64,000 nucleotides of DNA from Patescibacteria group bacterium (GCA_052033715.1 JBPOJJ010000002.1:1676-65675), one strand, 5' to 3'. Counted from the stretch's first letter, positions 20,473 through 30,716 are shown. The notes: generated by a model not told the origin, from the sequence alone. Numbers and translations are program-made.

Positions 20473-20504
20473 AACACAAAAACCCCTTTCGGGGTTTTTG
20501 TGTT
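20473..20504 (-). terminator. terminator of the surface-protein gene
   Basis: aacacaaaaacccc-tttc-ggggtttttgtgtt, 14-bp stem. Confidence 0.8.
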
Positions 20505-20530
20505 AGTTACTTTCGCTAAATGCTGTGCAC

Positions 20531-22429
20531 TTAGTTCAATGTAACGTTGCGTCCTGTCTTCAACATATCTGTCAAAGCTGTGTAGCTTAGAGTGTTGGCA
20601 GATCGAGTGGTATCAGACGTTGTCGCTGTACCAAACAGGATTGCTGTTCCCTTCATTCCTGAAAGGATTGGGCTTCCGCCATTACCCTTGGCAACGATTG
20701 CCTGGATATCGACGTACATAGTATCTCCTTCATTTACTGTGTAGTACTCGTTGTCAGCAGCATCGTTAGTTACTGTGTAAGTACCAGATGGAGTAAATGT
20801 GTAAGAAGAGATAGTTACTGAAGCAGCACCTCCAGCATCAGCAGCGATAGTAAAGAATTCTTTCGCAGCTGTTGATTCATCATCACCGTTTAGGTAGAGA
20901 GTTCCACCTTCAGCAACAACCTTGACTTTCATAGTCGCAGTCGCTGATGTAGGAGCTGATGAACCGTTGTCGTTAGCAACGACAGAAGATGATACTACTG
21001 TGATTTTAGGGAATGTAACGAAGAAGATTTGATTCTTTCCGTTAGCAGCACCTGTAACGTTAGTAACATCGTCACCGTTTTCATCTTCGACATCACCAGC
21101 AGTCATTAGGTTAGCGACGTTTGTAGATGTGATAGATGCTGATAGATAGTCTCCTTCAGCAAATGTTCCACCTGTGTCGTTAAGGTCAACAACGATTTCG
21201 AAATCAGTGTCTCCTTCTGAGAGATCAAAGTCTGCATCAGAGAAAGTACATGTTCCAGAATCGCAGTCTGAAGAGTTGATAGAATCAACTTCATCTCCGT
21301 CAACAACCAAAGTGAATGTCTTAGCAACGCCAGAGACAGTACTTGATTTACCGACAGTAATTTCAACGTCCTGAACATTCATGTCACCACCTGTTACTTC
21401 GAACTCACCTTTTAGCAAGGTAACGTTGTTAGTATCGTTAGTGTCATCAACTGCGACAACCTGAGACTCAGGATTGTCAGAAGCTGTAGAGATGTTCAAT
21501 TCTAGGTCATTTGCAGTTTCAAATGATGCAAATGAGAATGTTCGAACAGCTAGAGTAGGATCTTCTGAGATCAAACCGCCCTGTCCGTCCATCCATCGAA
21601 CTGAAGTAACATCAAGTGTCCAAGTATCACCGATATCTGGAGTGTCGATGTTCTCCTGTCCTGAGATAGCAACGTAGAAGTTAGCTTTTTCGCCAGCTTC
21701 AACGACAGCTGATCCTGTTAGAGAAACAGTCTGAGCGTATCCGTTGTCATCATCAAAGTCTTCAGCGTCAATTGAAGCAACCTTCTCGCTTCCAAACCAT
21801 ACTGTTACTTCATCAGCATACTTGTGGAAATCGTGGTTAGCTGTTCCCTGAGCGAAATCAAGCTTGATAGCTTTGACTCCAAGATCAGAGTTGTCATCAG
21901 CTTCGATTGAGAAACCGAGAACCTTTACATTGTTCTGTCCTTCTCCAACCTCTTCATTGTTTGAAGGTGATGATAGAAGTTTGTACTCATCAACTGTTCC
22001 AGCTCCTCCAGAAACTGTTGTAGGTCCTGTTGGAGTTGTAGGTGTTGTTGTTGAACATCCAGCGTTGTGGATAGCAAGACCTGTCATAGCGCCGACGATA
22101 CCGTCAGCTGTTAGGCCTTTTGAAGCCTGGAAAGCTTTGACTTTAGCTTCAGTCATAGGACCAAAGTTTCCGTCAGTTCCAGCTCCAACAACTGCCTGCA
22201 TAGCAGACACCTGTGATCCTGTTGAACCTCTCTTTAGAGTAACAGTGTGGTTGTAGCAAGCTGTTGTGCTTGTTGAACCTGTCAACGCTGAAAGCTGTGC
22301 TTGCAATGAAGCAATCAAAGCCTGTAGCTCTTCCATAGTAGCAGCTTTTGCAACTGGAGCTTTTACTGCAAATGCAGCAACGGCAACCAATACAAACGCG
22401 GCCAAAGTTTTCTTAAAGTTTGTACTCAT
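20531..22429 (-). CDS. S-layer-like surface protein with a peptidoglycan-binding domain
   Basis: signal peptide, coiled coil, LKRGS.G..V..MQ...DG.FGP.T...VK.FQ...GL.ADG.VG motif, T/D/S-rich beta body, strongly biased codons. Confidence 0.8.
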   Translation of the reverse strand: MSTNFKKTLAAFVLVAVAAFAVKAPVAKAATMEELQALIASLQAQLSALTGSTSTTACYNHTVTLKRGSTGSQVSAMQAVVGAGTDGNFGPMTEAKVKAFQASKGLTADGIVGAMTGLAIHNAGCSTTTPTTPTGPTTVSGGAGTVDEYKLLSSPSNNEEVGEGQNNVKVLGFSIEADDNSDLGVKAIKLDFAQGTANHDFHKYADEVTVWFGSEKVASIDAEDFDDDNGYAQTVSLTGSAVVEAGEKANFYVAISGQENIDTPDIGDTWTLDVTSVRWMDGQGGLISEDPTLAVRTFSFASFETANDLELNISTASDNPESQVVAVDDTNDTNNVTLLKGEFEVTGGDMNVQDVEITVGKSSTVSGVAKTFTLVVDGDEVDSINSSDCDSGTCTFSDADFDLSEGDTDFEIVVDLNDTGGTFAEGDYLSASITSTNVANLMTAGDVEDENGDDVTNVTGAANGKNQIFFVTFPKITVVSSSVVANDNGSSAPTSATATMKVKVVAEGGTLYLNGDDESTAAKEFFTIAADAGGAASVTISSYTFTPSGTYTVTNDAADNEYYTVNEGDTMYVDIQAIVAKGNGGSPILSGMKGTAILFGTATTSDTTRSANTLSYTALTDMLKTGRNVTLN

Positions 22430-22850
22430 AATTAAATTATCGTTATTAATTCTTCGCGCGCTCTCAACTTTTATTGAAGAGAGTCTGCGAGCGCGGTCGG
22501 TATTTAGTTCGACTAACTACGACCGTGACTTTTTTAATCTTTCCAAACTTGCGTCCGGAAAGTTTTGCACAGAAGATTTTAAACTCTTGCTATGCAGACA
22601 GACGAACGATTCACTGAATATTTTTGTGCCTTGTGGACAAAAAATAAACAGAGGATCTAAATTGTATCTGCCTTGTCGACATGGCGGATCCACGATCGAC
22701 GAACAACGTAAAATTTTCGCCAGCTTTTTAAAAAACTGGAAAACATTTTTATATTGTCAACGATCACGTCTCCTAATGTTTGAACGTACCCGCTTTCACG
22801 AATACGCCAAATAATTTTACAACCATTTAAGGATTTCGCCCTAAATGGTT

Positions 22851-22859
22851 TGTGGATAA
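22851..22859 (-). promoter_or_regulatory. DnaA box (single perfect copy)
   Basis: tgtggataa = TTATCCACA on the minus strand. Confidence 0.4.
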
Positions 22860-23043
22860 CCTACAAGTTTTGAATCTTATAAATTACCCGACAATCATCT
22901 CATATTTGGTCCGAAAACTCAAGCGAGTTCTTGATACAAAGTTCGATGACCTACCGATTATGACGAGGCTACGTAAGGCTTATTACGGAATAATGACTTG
23001 ACACTACGTATTTTTCTACGTACTACGCACTATTTTCTAATTC

Positions 23044-23871
23044 CTAAATACTATACCTGCTCCAGCGTCTTTCCCCTGTCCTTTTGATCTTGCCAGCCTG
23101 AATAAGAGAAATTAGGTCTCTTTGAACTGTTTTTGGGTTATAGTCGCTGAAATACGAAACGATGTCGTTTATAGAAATGTCCTTTTTCTCTTGAATAAGT
23201 TTAAGAATTCGTTCTTCTCTATCGAAACTCTTGGTTTTTACGCTCACACCTAAACTTTTCGGTTGTGATCCTGGGGCAGTATTTCTAAAGGACATTTTTC
23301 TATCGGACAATGTCCTTGATGAATGTCCTTTAGAATCTTCCTCTTGGGACGCCTCTTTTATTACTTTTAACTCTTCTTCGTCTAATCGGAAGAAGTCTGA
23401 CTTCAGTTTGAAATTACCCGCCTCTCCAGCGACAACCTTTAAATCTTGAATATTCGTAAATCCTTCAATGCGCTGTCGGTTACGCAGATCTCCAATGAAC
23501 TCAACCAAGGCATTTTTCAATATGTTGTAGTTCATGTCTGACATAAACCCGACGGCCACACAGACCTCGATCAAAGACACTAATTCCCACGATTTGGCAA
23601 TTACCCGCCCTAGATGAAAATAGAGGTCGCCAGTAACGGCATAAGACAATGCTCGTGTATCGGACAAAATAGCCACAGATATGGCTCGGATTTTTTGTCT
23701 CATAGGATCACCGTCCTTAATAAAGTCCGTTAGCATATAGAGCGCGGTTGTAATCTTTTCGGCCTTCTTAGAGACAGACATAAACACACCTTCTTTTGGG
23801 ACACGCCTTATCTTGGACAAATTACTGGAGTTGGAAATTTGTCCATTGGATTGTAATTCATTGTCTCTCAT
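23044..23871 (-). CDS. four-helix-bundle (IVP/Avd-like) plus C-terminal DeoR-like winged-HTH protein
   Basis: KAEKITTALYMLTD...RQKIR..SV.I.SD; REERILKLI...ISINDI...KTVQRDL..L...G.I...GERRW..Y; TATAAT overlaps ATG 23889, so 23871 is the preferred start. Confidence 0.75.
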   Translation of the reverse strand: MRDNELQSNGQISNSSNLSKIRRVPKEGVFMSVSKKAEKITTALYMLTDFIKDGDPMRQKIRAISVAILSDTRALSYAVTGDLYFHLGRVIAKSWELVSLIEVCVAVGFMSDMNYNILKNALVEFIGDLRNRQRIEGFTNIQDLKVVAGEAGNFKLKSDFFRLDEEELKVIKEASQEEDSKGHSSRTLSDRKMSFRNTAPGSQPKSLGVSVKTKSFDREERILKLIQEKKDISINDIVSYFSDYNPKTVQRDLISLIQAGKIKRTGERRWSRYSI

Positions 23872-24142
23872 GTCTTTTAATGTGTCCATTATACACTGTC
23901 CTTTAGGCCCCGCAATCTTGACGCCTTTGTCCTTTATCTTCCATCTTCCTACGGAGCAAAATGTCTTTTGGAAAAGGCTCGCCGGAGGATTTTTGTTTAC
24001 AAAAAAAATCCGAGGCGGAAGAAAATTTTTCTCCTCAAAGAAAAATTATTCTGAACTTTTCCAAGAGACATTTTGCGAAGCGCTTTTGCACACCATAAAA
24101 TAAGGCTCAATCGCAATTCCACATGTTACAATATCTCCATAT

Positions 24143-26539
24143 ATGGCGAAAAAAGGCGTAACAAAAAAAGCAAAGGCTCCGAAAGCGAGCGCGGTTGACG
24201 ATGACTTTGTTTCGATCTTTGGCGTACACATAAAAAGGGAGACAAAGAACGGAATCGTGGCCATTGGATTCTTCGTTCTGGCAATTCTATTTACCCTATC
24301 TGGTTTCAATATTGGTGGAGTTGCCGGACACTTTATATACAAAACCCTTTTCAAAGTTCTGGGTGTTGGTTACATCTTATTACCAATTGTTTTCGTACTT
24401 CTGGGTACCTCATCTTACAAGTCCGAGAGACCAACATTCGGAACGTCCAACACGATTAGTTCCCTACTCTTCCTGTTCGCCGGACTTGGACTCATTCATA
24501 TCATCAAGTACGACGCGGCCGGAATTGTCGGACGAGCCTCGGCTTGGCCTTTCGTAAAACTGTTCGATGTTTACTTGGCATTCATACTCTTGCTGGCTCT
24601 GTTCGCCATCTCGCTTGTCATTATGTTCGACAAGCGTCCAAGTTGGAGTGGCTTTGTAGCTAGGATCAAGCGATTTTTCGGCCGAGGTGAATCAAGTGAA
24701 GAAGAATATTATGAAGAAGTGGCCGAAGAAGAACCAGAGGAAGAAATCGAAGAGCCCGAAACACCTCCAGAGTCTCCACAGCCACAACTTCCACAAGAGA
24801 CACCCAAAGAAGCTTTTGCCTTGAACGCTGCCTGGAAATCCTCGGGTAAATACATTCCTCCCCCACTCTCACTGCTTCGAAAAAACGAACAAAAGGCTGT
24901 CACGGGAGACATTAAGGCCAACTCCAATATCATCAAACGAACACTCCAGAACTTCGGCATCGATGTTGAGATGGATGAAGTAACAGTCGGACCGACAGTT
25001 ACAAGATTTGCCCTAAAACCAGCTCAGGGTGTCAGACTTTCTCGTATCACCGCACTCCAAAATGAACTCCGTCTAGCGCTGGCCGCACCTTCTATCCGCA
25101 TACAAGCTCCAATTCCAGGACTCTCTCTGGTCGGTATCGAAGTTCCAAACCAAACAAAGGCTATGGTTGATTTACGCAGTCTTATAGGCGCCAAAGAATT
25201 CAAAGAAAGTTCCAAACCTCTTTTAGTGTCTCTTGGTCGCAGCGTGTCAGGTAAAGCCGAATACGCCAACATTGCCAAAATGCCTCACCTTCTCGTTGCT
25301 GGAGCAACCGGTGCCGGTAAATCCGTAACAGTCCACACACTTATCACATCCCTTATTTACAGAAACGGTCCAGAAGATTTACGTTTTATAATGATCGATC
25401 CAAAACGCGTCGAGCTCACACTTTATAACGGCATTCCGCATCTGCTTACACCGGTCATCACCAATCCAAAAAAAGCTATTCTTGCTTTGAAGTGGGCGAT
25501 ATCTGAAATGGAAAGGCGTTATGATATTTTGGAAGGTCATGCCGTTCGAGATATTGATTCATATCACGAAAAATACAATAAGAAAAAAGAAGAGATGGAA
25601 TCAATGCCCTACATTTTGATCTTCATCGATGAACTTGCCGACATTATGCAAAGTTATCCTCGTGAACTAGAGTCCGGCATCGTGCGCCTAGCTCAAATGT
25701 CTCGCGCTGTTGGTATTCACCTAACACTTTCAACTCAACGTCCATCGGTTAACGTCATTACTGGTCTTATCAAGGCCAACGTTCCAACCAGAATCGCTCT
25801 TCAAGTGGCTTCCCAAATTGATTCACGTACAATTCTCGACGCAGCCGGTGCAGAAAAATTGCTTGGTGCTGGCGATATGCTCTATTCTTCTGGTGACATG
25901 GCTCAACCGAATCGCATCCAAGGCGCATTTATTTCTGAAAATGAAGTTAAAAGCGTCACTGATTATTTGAAAAACCGCTACAAAGATGAACTGCCTGATG
26001 ATTTGAACTTGGCCGAAGGCTCAATCAGCGCCGACAAGAGCATCTTTTCTAGTTCCCTGGAAGATGATTCTGATAAAGACGAAATGTTTGAAGAGGCCAA
26101 GAGATTGGTGATCGAAGAAAAGAAAGCCTCGACTTCATACATCCAAAGACGTTTAAAGATCGGCTATTCGCGCGCCGCGCGAATATTAGATGAACTCGAA
26201 GAAGCTGGCGTAGTAGGCCCAGGAAACGGCGCTAAACCACGTGAAATCCTTATGGATGGTAGTGAGGCCTCAAAAGCAGCTCCTGCCCCCCTCCGACCAA
26301 ACGCCTCGGTAAGTACCCAAACCTTCCATTCCGTCACACGGGTCCGCGACGATATAGAGGAAGAGGAAATAGAGGAATTAACTGAAGATTCTGAGGAAGA
26401 AGAGTATGAACAGGTATTCACAGAAACGCCAATCGAAGAGCAGGAAGAGGTGCTAGAATTAGATCAGGATGTTGGAGCTCCAGAAGAAAGTGAAAAAGTT
26501 GAAGAAAACAAAGAATATGACGAGAACGATAAATATTAA
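24143..26539 (+). CDS. ftsK: DNA translocase FtsK/SpoIIIE
   Basis: N-terminal transmembrane helices, HLLVAGATGAGKS, IDPKRVEL, IDELAD, TQRPS, gamma domain ASTSYIQRRLKIGYSRAAR. Confidence 0.95.
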   Translation: MAKKGVTKKAKAPKASAVDDDFVSIFGVHIKRETKNGIVAIGFFVLAILFTLSGFNIGGVAGHFIYKTLFKVLGVGYILLPIVFVLLGTSSYKSERPTFGTSNTISSLLFLFAGLGLIHIIKYDAAGIVGRASAWPFVKLFDVYLAFILLLALFAISLVIMFDKRPSWSGFVARIKRFFGRGESSEEEYYEEVAEEEPEEEIEEPETPPESPQPQLPQETPKEAFALNAAWKSSGKYIPPPLSLLRKNEQKAVTGDIKANSNIIKRTLQNFGIDVEMDEVTVGPTVTRFALKPAQGVRLSRITALQNELRLALAAPSIRIQAPIPGLSLVGIEVPNQTKAMVDLRSLIGAKEFKESSKPLLVSLGRSVSGKAEYANIAKMPHLLVAGATGAGKSVTVHTLITSLIYRNGPEDLRFIMIDPKRVELTLYNGIPHLLTPVITNPKKAILALKWAISEMERRYDILEGHAVRDIDSYHEKYNKKKEEMESMPYILIFIDELADIMQSYPRELESGIVRLAQMSRAVGIHLTLSTQRPSVNVITGLIKANVPTRIALQVASQIDSRTILDAAGAEKLLGAGDMLYSSGDMAQPNRIQGAFISENEVKSVTDYLKNRYKDELPDDLNLAEGSISADKSIFSSSLEDDSDKDEMFEEAKRLVIEEKKASTSYIQRRLKIGYSRAARILDELEEAGVVGPGNGAKPREILMDGSEASKAAPAPLRPNASVSTQTFHSVTRVRDDIEEEEIEELTEDSEEEEYEQVFTETPIEEQEEVLELDQDVGAPEESEKVEENKEYDENDKY

Positions 26540-26903
26540 AAAATTCCTTGGATTTGGGGTGCTAGCGGGCCTGTTTATTTTTATCGTAGGTTATAGTATT
26601 TTCCAGACAAGATCTCTTGCTAAAGGCGTCGATTTGATAGTCAACGGGATAAAAGATGGTGCCGTATTCAATGGCAGCATCCTGACACTTTCCGGCCAAG
26701 CCACGCACGCCAGGCACATTATGATCAACGATCGTGAGATTTTGGTCGACAGGGATGATAATTTTTCGGAAGAATTGATTCTATCCCCTGGGCTTAATAT
26801 AATTACCGTTGAGGCCGAGGATAAATTCGATAAAAAAACTGACGTCACTTATCGAGTTTTTTATAAAGAAAATTCGGCCAAGGCAACAGCCCTTAATAAT
26901 TAA
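26517..26903 (+). CDS. membrane-anchored Ig-like small protein
   Basis: N-terminal transmembrane helix, L.PG.N.I.V.A.D Ig pattern; ATG at 26517. Confidence 0.65.
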   Translation: MTRTINIKKFLGFGVLAGLFIFIVGYSIFQTRSLAKGVDLIVNGIKDGAVFNGSILTLSGQATHARHIMINDREILVDRDDNFSEELILSPGLNIITVEAEDKFDKKTDVTYRVFYKENSAKATALNN

Positions 26904-26913
26904 CAAAAAATTT

Positions 26914-28011
26914 ATGGCATTGAAGAAAAAGAAAGACACAGCCGCAAAGACGGTAGGTGTTAAGGAAGTTATAGATGAAACAAATTCCGACAGTGGCCGT
27001 GGTGCAACACTTGCCGGCATCGAAAGCACTCTCAAAGCCATTCAGACGAAATTCGGCGAAGGTGCCATAATGAAAATGGGAGACACTCCAAAAGTCGGTG
27101 TTGGTGCAGTTTCGACGGGCTCACTTGGACTCGATGCTGCGCTTGGTATTGGCGGATTACCAAAAGGACGCATCATTGAAATTTTTGGCCCGGAATCTTC
27201 TGGTAAAACAACTCTTGCCCTACACGTCGTCGCCGAAGCTCAAAAACGTGGTGGTATTTGTGCTTTCATTGACGCCGAACATGCGATGGATCCTGACTAC
27301 TCGAAAAAGCTCGGTGTTAAAATTGACGAGCTTCTCATCTCTCAACCAGACAACGGCGAACAGGCCCTCGAGATATGCGAATCACTTGTGCGAAGTGGAA
27401 AAATCGACGTCGTCGTCATCGACTCAGTCGCTGCGCTCACTCCAAAAGACGAAATCGAGGGAGACATGGGCTCACATCAAGTCGGTAAACAAGCTCGTCT
27501 CATGTCTCAAGCTATGAGAAAGCTCACCGCTCTCGTCTCTCGTACCAAAACAATCATCATTTTCATAAACCAAATCCGTATGCAGATCGGCGTGATGTTC
27601 GGTAACCCGGAGACAACAACCGGCGGCAAAGCGCTTAAATTCTATTCATCAGTGCGCCTAGATATTCGTCGTATTGCCCAAATCAAAAAAGGCGAAGAAG
27701 TTGTCGGTTCTAGGACACGCGTAAAAGTCGTCAAAAACAAAGTCGCCGCGCCATTCAAACAAACCGAATTCGACATCATTTATGGTGAAGGAATCTCGAT
27801 TGAGGGCGAACTCTTGGCCCTCGGCGAACGCATGGGCATCATCAAGAAATCTGGCGCTTCATACAGTTATGTTCCTGGCGGTAATGAAAAAGATGAAATA
27901 AAACTCGGACGCGGTTATGACGCCACTCGCCAATTCCTCCGTGAAAAAGAAAACAAAGACGTTCGAAGTAAACTTTTGAAAGAAGTGATTGCTGGACTGA
28001 AAGCCATCTAA
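26914..28011 (+). CDS. recA: recombinase RecA
   Basis: [35 protein letters not shown]. Confidence 0.98.
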   Translation: MALKKKKDTAAKTVGVKEVIDETNSDSGRGATLAGIESTLKAIQTKFGEGAIMKMGDTPKVGVGAVSTGSLGLDAALGIGGLPKGRIIEIFGPESSGKTTLALHVVAEAQKRGGICAFIDAEHAMDPDYSKKLGVKIDELLISQPDNGEQALEICESLVRSGKIDVVVIDSVAALTPKDEIEGDMGSHQVGKQARLMSQAMRKLTALVSRTKTIIIFINQIRMQIGVMFGNPETTTGGKALKFYSSVRLDIRRIAQIKKGEEVVGSRTRVKVVKNKVAAPFKQTEFDIIYGEGISIEGELLALGERMGIIKKSGASYSYVPGGNEKDEIKLGRGYDATRQFLREKENKDVRSKLLKEVIAGLKAI

Positions 28012-28048
28012 ACAATAAATCCCCACGTTTGACGCGGGGATTTATTGT
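28012..28048. terminator. bidirectional terminator between convergent genes
   Basis: acaataaatcccc...ggggatttattgt inverted repeat. Confidence 0.75.
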
Positions 28049-28587
28049 CTTACGATCATTTCAACTAATTTATCTACGAGTTTATCTGGATCATCTTCAA
28101 ACACGACCGGCTGATGACTTCTCGGATATCCTCCCAAGACTTTCTTTATAACCTCATCCTCTTCCCAGTCTCCTCGCAAAACTCCAACTGGTTTGCCGGA
28201 TTTAAGGGCGAGGTTAAACTCGTGTAACGAATCAAGCTTGCCACAACCAATGATAACAGCATCGGCCGAGCGCGCCAAGAAAATCCCCGCTCCCCCCTGC
28301 CCAAATCCCGTATAAACCACCAGGTCGGCATTATCATGATCGAGTCGATAAACCTCCTGGTGCTCTTCTTTACTTGCTGCAGGAGAGAAATATATGACGT
28401 TTCCCCCGGCTTCTTTCGCTCCCATGGCCGAGAACATTGGAAATCCATGGTGTGATCCGGTAACCAAAAAGTGTCCCTTTGAAGCGATGGCTTTACCCAA
28501 CTTTTTTGCTTTTTCCAAAGTCTCCAAACTCGCGCCAGAAGCATCAATCGCGCCAGCAATAGCAATTTTATGTCGCGATTTTTTCAT
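28042..28587 (-). CDS. LOG/TIGR00725-like Rossmann-fold protein (divergent)
   Basis: A..LG..IA..G..LVTG, GAKEAGG, SADAVI...G..LHE...A...GKPVGV. Confidence 0.7.
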   Translation of the reverse strand: MKKSRHKIAIAGAIDASGASLETLEKAKKLGKAIASKGHFLVTGSHHGFPMFSAMGAKEAGGNVIYFSPAASKEEHQEVYRLDHDNADLVVYTGFGQGGAGIFLARSADAVIIGCGKLDSLHEFNLALKSGKPVGVLRGDWEEDEVIKKVLGGYPRSHQPVVFEDDPDKLVDKLVEMIVRQ

Positions 28588-28653
28588 TACGATAATTATA
28601 CCAGACCCTCAACCTCTCTACGAAGAAAAATCCCTTGTGTAGATTTTACGAAG

Positions 28654-30033
28654 CTAGAATTCCAATTCCACACTCTGATTTATCTCCGGAGCAATCGCCG
28701 TGATTCCTAAGTTGTCCCGAATCTTTTGCGCCAGAAACATCGCCGAACTCGTCTCGCCCATCACCGTGAAAACTTTTTGCAAAGTATCTTTTCCGGTCTC
28801 AACAAACTTAACTAAGTGAAACGAATCTTTGTGGCCCGAATAACCCTGAATCATCTCGATTTTGGCTTTTACTTTTACACGTTCGTTTAAAATCATAACT
28901 TCGTGCCGGCCTTCTTGGAGAATTCTGCCGAGCGTTCCCGGAACTTGATAACCGGTCAGAAGCAATGTTGCATTTGGATCAGAGAGATAGTTTTTCTCAT
29001 GATGGAGAATTCTTCCGCCCGTGGACATTCCAGACCCTGCCATGATTATTTTCGGTCCAGCAATTTTCAAAATGTTGATTGAGTCTTGAGTCACCTCAGT
29101 CTCGCGAAGGCCTGGAAATTGGAAAATATTATCACCTTGGCTAATCTGCATACGCACGGTTTCTTTGAGTAAATTCAAATGCTTGCGGAATACATCAGTA
29201 ATCCGAATCGCGAGTGGCGAATCTAGGAATATTTTCATCACCGGGATTTGCTTCGATTCAACAAAATTATTCAGTTCGTAGAGAAATTCCTGTGTACGCT
29301 CAAGTGAAAATATCGGCACCATCAGCACGCCCTTTTTCTTGTACGTTTCAAGGATGATTTTCTTGAGATTTTCTTCACGTTCCGCCCGATGCTCGTGGTT
29401 CCTATCGCCATATACGGACTCCATAACCAAATATTTCGCCCCCTCGATGCTTTCTGTATCGTTTAAGAGTGGCGATGGTGAATTACCCAAATCTCCCGTA
29501 AAAACGATCTTTGAGCCGTTATACGTGATTTCCGTCAGACACGAGCCGAGAATATGCCCAGCGTCTTTGAACATGACTTCCATGTCGCCTCCTAGCGTAA
29601 ATTTCTCGTGATATTCGCGCGTTTCCCACATCCCTTTTATCTGAGACAGTATTTGTGGCGAGTATATTTTGTTCAGATGAAATTCCGCCCCACTTCGTGA
29701 ATTAGCCAAAATGTGTGCCGTGTCTTCGAGCATGACCGCCGTCAAATCAGCCGTGGCTGCTGTTCCAATGATTTTACCTTTGAATCCTTCGTAGACAAGC
29801 TTCGGAATTCGGCCAATGTGATCCTCGTGGGCATGACTTATGATGAGTACATCAACTTCTGCCGGATCATAAGGAAACGGATCCCAGTTTTCATGCTCGG
29901 CCATTTTCTCGCCCTGAATCATTCCACAATCAACGAGTAATTTAAATCCGTCAGGACGTTCTAGTAAAAAGTTCGCGCCAGTAACCCAGCCCGTACCTCC
30001 GGCAAAAGTAAGCTTTAATTTTTTAGTTTCCAT
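28654..30033 (-). CDS. beta-CASP metallo-beta-lactamase ribonuclease
   Basis: VDCG, SHAHEDHIG, AGHILG, FTGD, MESVYG, YSGH. Confidence 0.9.
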   Translation of the reverse strand: METKKLKLTFAGGTGWVTGANFLLERPDGFKLLVDCGMIQGEKMAEHENWDPFPYDPAEVDVLIISHAHEDHIGRIPKLVYEGFKGKIIGTAATADLTAVMLEDTAHILANSRSGAEFHLNKIYSPQILSQIKGMWETREYHEKFTLGGDMEVMFKDAGHILGSCLTEITYNGSKIVFTGDLGNSPSPLLNDTESIEGAKYLVMESVYGDRNHEHRAEREENLKKIILETYKKKGVLMVPIFSLERTQEFLYELNNFVESKQIPVMKIFLDSPLAIRITDVFRKHLNLLKETVRMQISQGDNIFQFPGLRETEVTQDSINILKIAGPKIIMAGSGMSTGGRILHHEKNYLSDPNATLLLTGYQVPGTLGRILQEGRHEVMILNERVKVKAKIEMIQGYSGHKDSFHLVKFVETGKDTLQKVFTVMGETSSAMFLAQKIRDNLGITAIAPEINQSVELEF

Positions 30034-30460
30034 CCCGCTTTTTTATTAGACTAAGATTTCGAACTTTGTTTAGGAAGTATGTGAGACCCACCAAGCTTCC
30101 AAGCGCGCCAAAGAGTAGATCGTCAACGGAGTCCATCGGGTTTGCTAGCAAGTGATCGAGACCGAAAATTCCTTGAACGGAAAACTCCATAACCTCCCAC
30201 AGACCCGCCGCGGCCAGAAACACCAAGGTATTAAAAACAAATAGGCTTCTTATGTTTCGGTGATTCAAAAATTTCAAATATTTTTCATAAAAAAGCCAAG
30301 CGAGGAAGAAACTTCCAACCACGCCACCGACAAAGTGCATCAGACGATCGAAACTAGTGAAGCTCTGATACCAAAAAAAATAGTTGGCAAAAGTATTTAC
30401 GACAAACAATCCGAAAAGCAAATATGCAAAGCGCCTAAAAATCTTTGATCGTAAATTCAT
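30023..30460 (-). CDS. membrane protein (VanZ/DUF2238-like)
   Basis: D..MHF.GG, WE..EF, DS.DDL motifs with transmembrane helices. Confidence 0.65.
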   Translation of the reverse strand: MNLRSKIFRRFAYLLFGLFVVNTFANYFFWYQSFTSFDRLMHFVGGVVGSFFLAWLFYEKYLKFLNHRNIRSLFVFNTLVFLAAAGLWEVMEFSVQGIFGLDHLLANPMDSVDDLLFGALGSLVGLTYFLNKVRNLSLIKKRDGN

Positions 30461-30537
30461 GACTCAATTCTACTAGGCTTTCGACAAAAAGAAAAACCCT
30501 TTTTAAAGGGCCTGAAAGAAAAGTTTCTCTTTACGGC

Positions 30538-30683
30538 TATCCAAGTTATTATCCTAGCTTAATTAAAAACGTGGGTGCAATGTGACGCGAACCACGGCTC
30601 GAATCAACTTCTCGCTCCCCTAGGACTAATGTTCTAGATAATACTTTGAAATAACCGTGACTTAATTATAAGCCACGGTTATT
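30538..30683. ncRNA. candidate structured intergenic RNA (unassigned)
   Basis: nested pairings tcctag/ctagga and cgtgg/ccacg, plus a separate hairpin aataaccgtg/cacggttatt. Confidence 0.3.
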
Positions 30684-30716
30684 CTATTCGCAATATGGAC
30701 AAAGTTTTATTTTGTT

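Noticed and set aside
22266-22814. 182-aa plus-strand ORF
   Set aside because: It is antisense to the surface-protein gene and its structured leader, with no protein-like motifs.
22821-23040. Replication origin call
   Set aside because: Only one perfect DnaA box, no dnaA or dnaN nearby, and GC skew cannot be computed here.
26280-26539. Acidic C-terminal tail of FtsK
   Set aside because: A low-complexity disordered extension with no evidence of a separate domain or system.
26809-26913. Long N-terminal extension of RecA in the ORF track (likewise rpsF, pyrC, GT17, DUF3431 and the EamA-like genes)
   Set aside because: The extensions overlap upstream genes or promoters; downstream ATGs fit homology and signals better.
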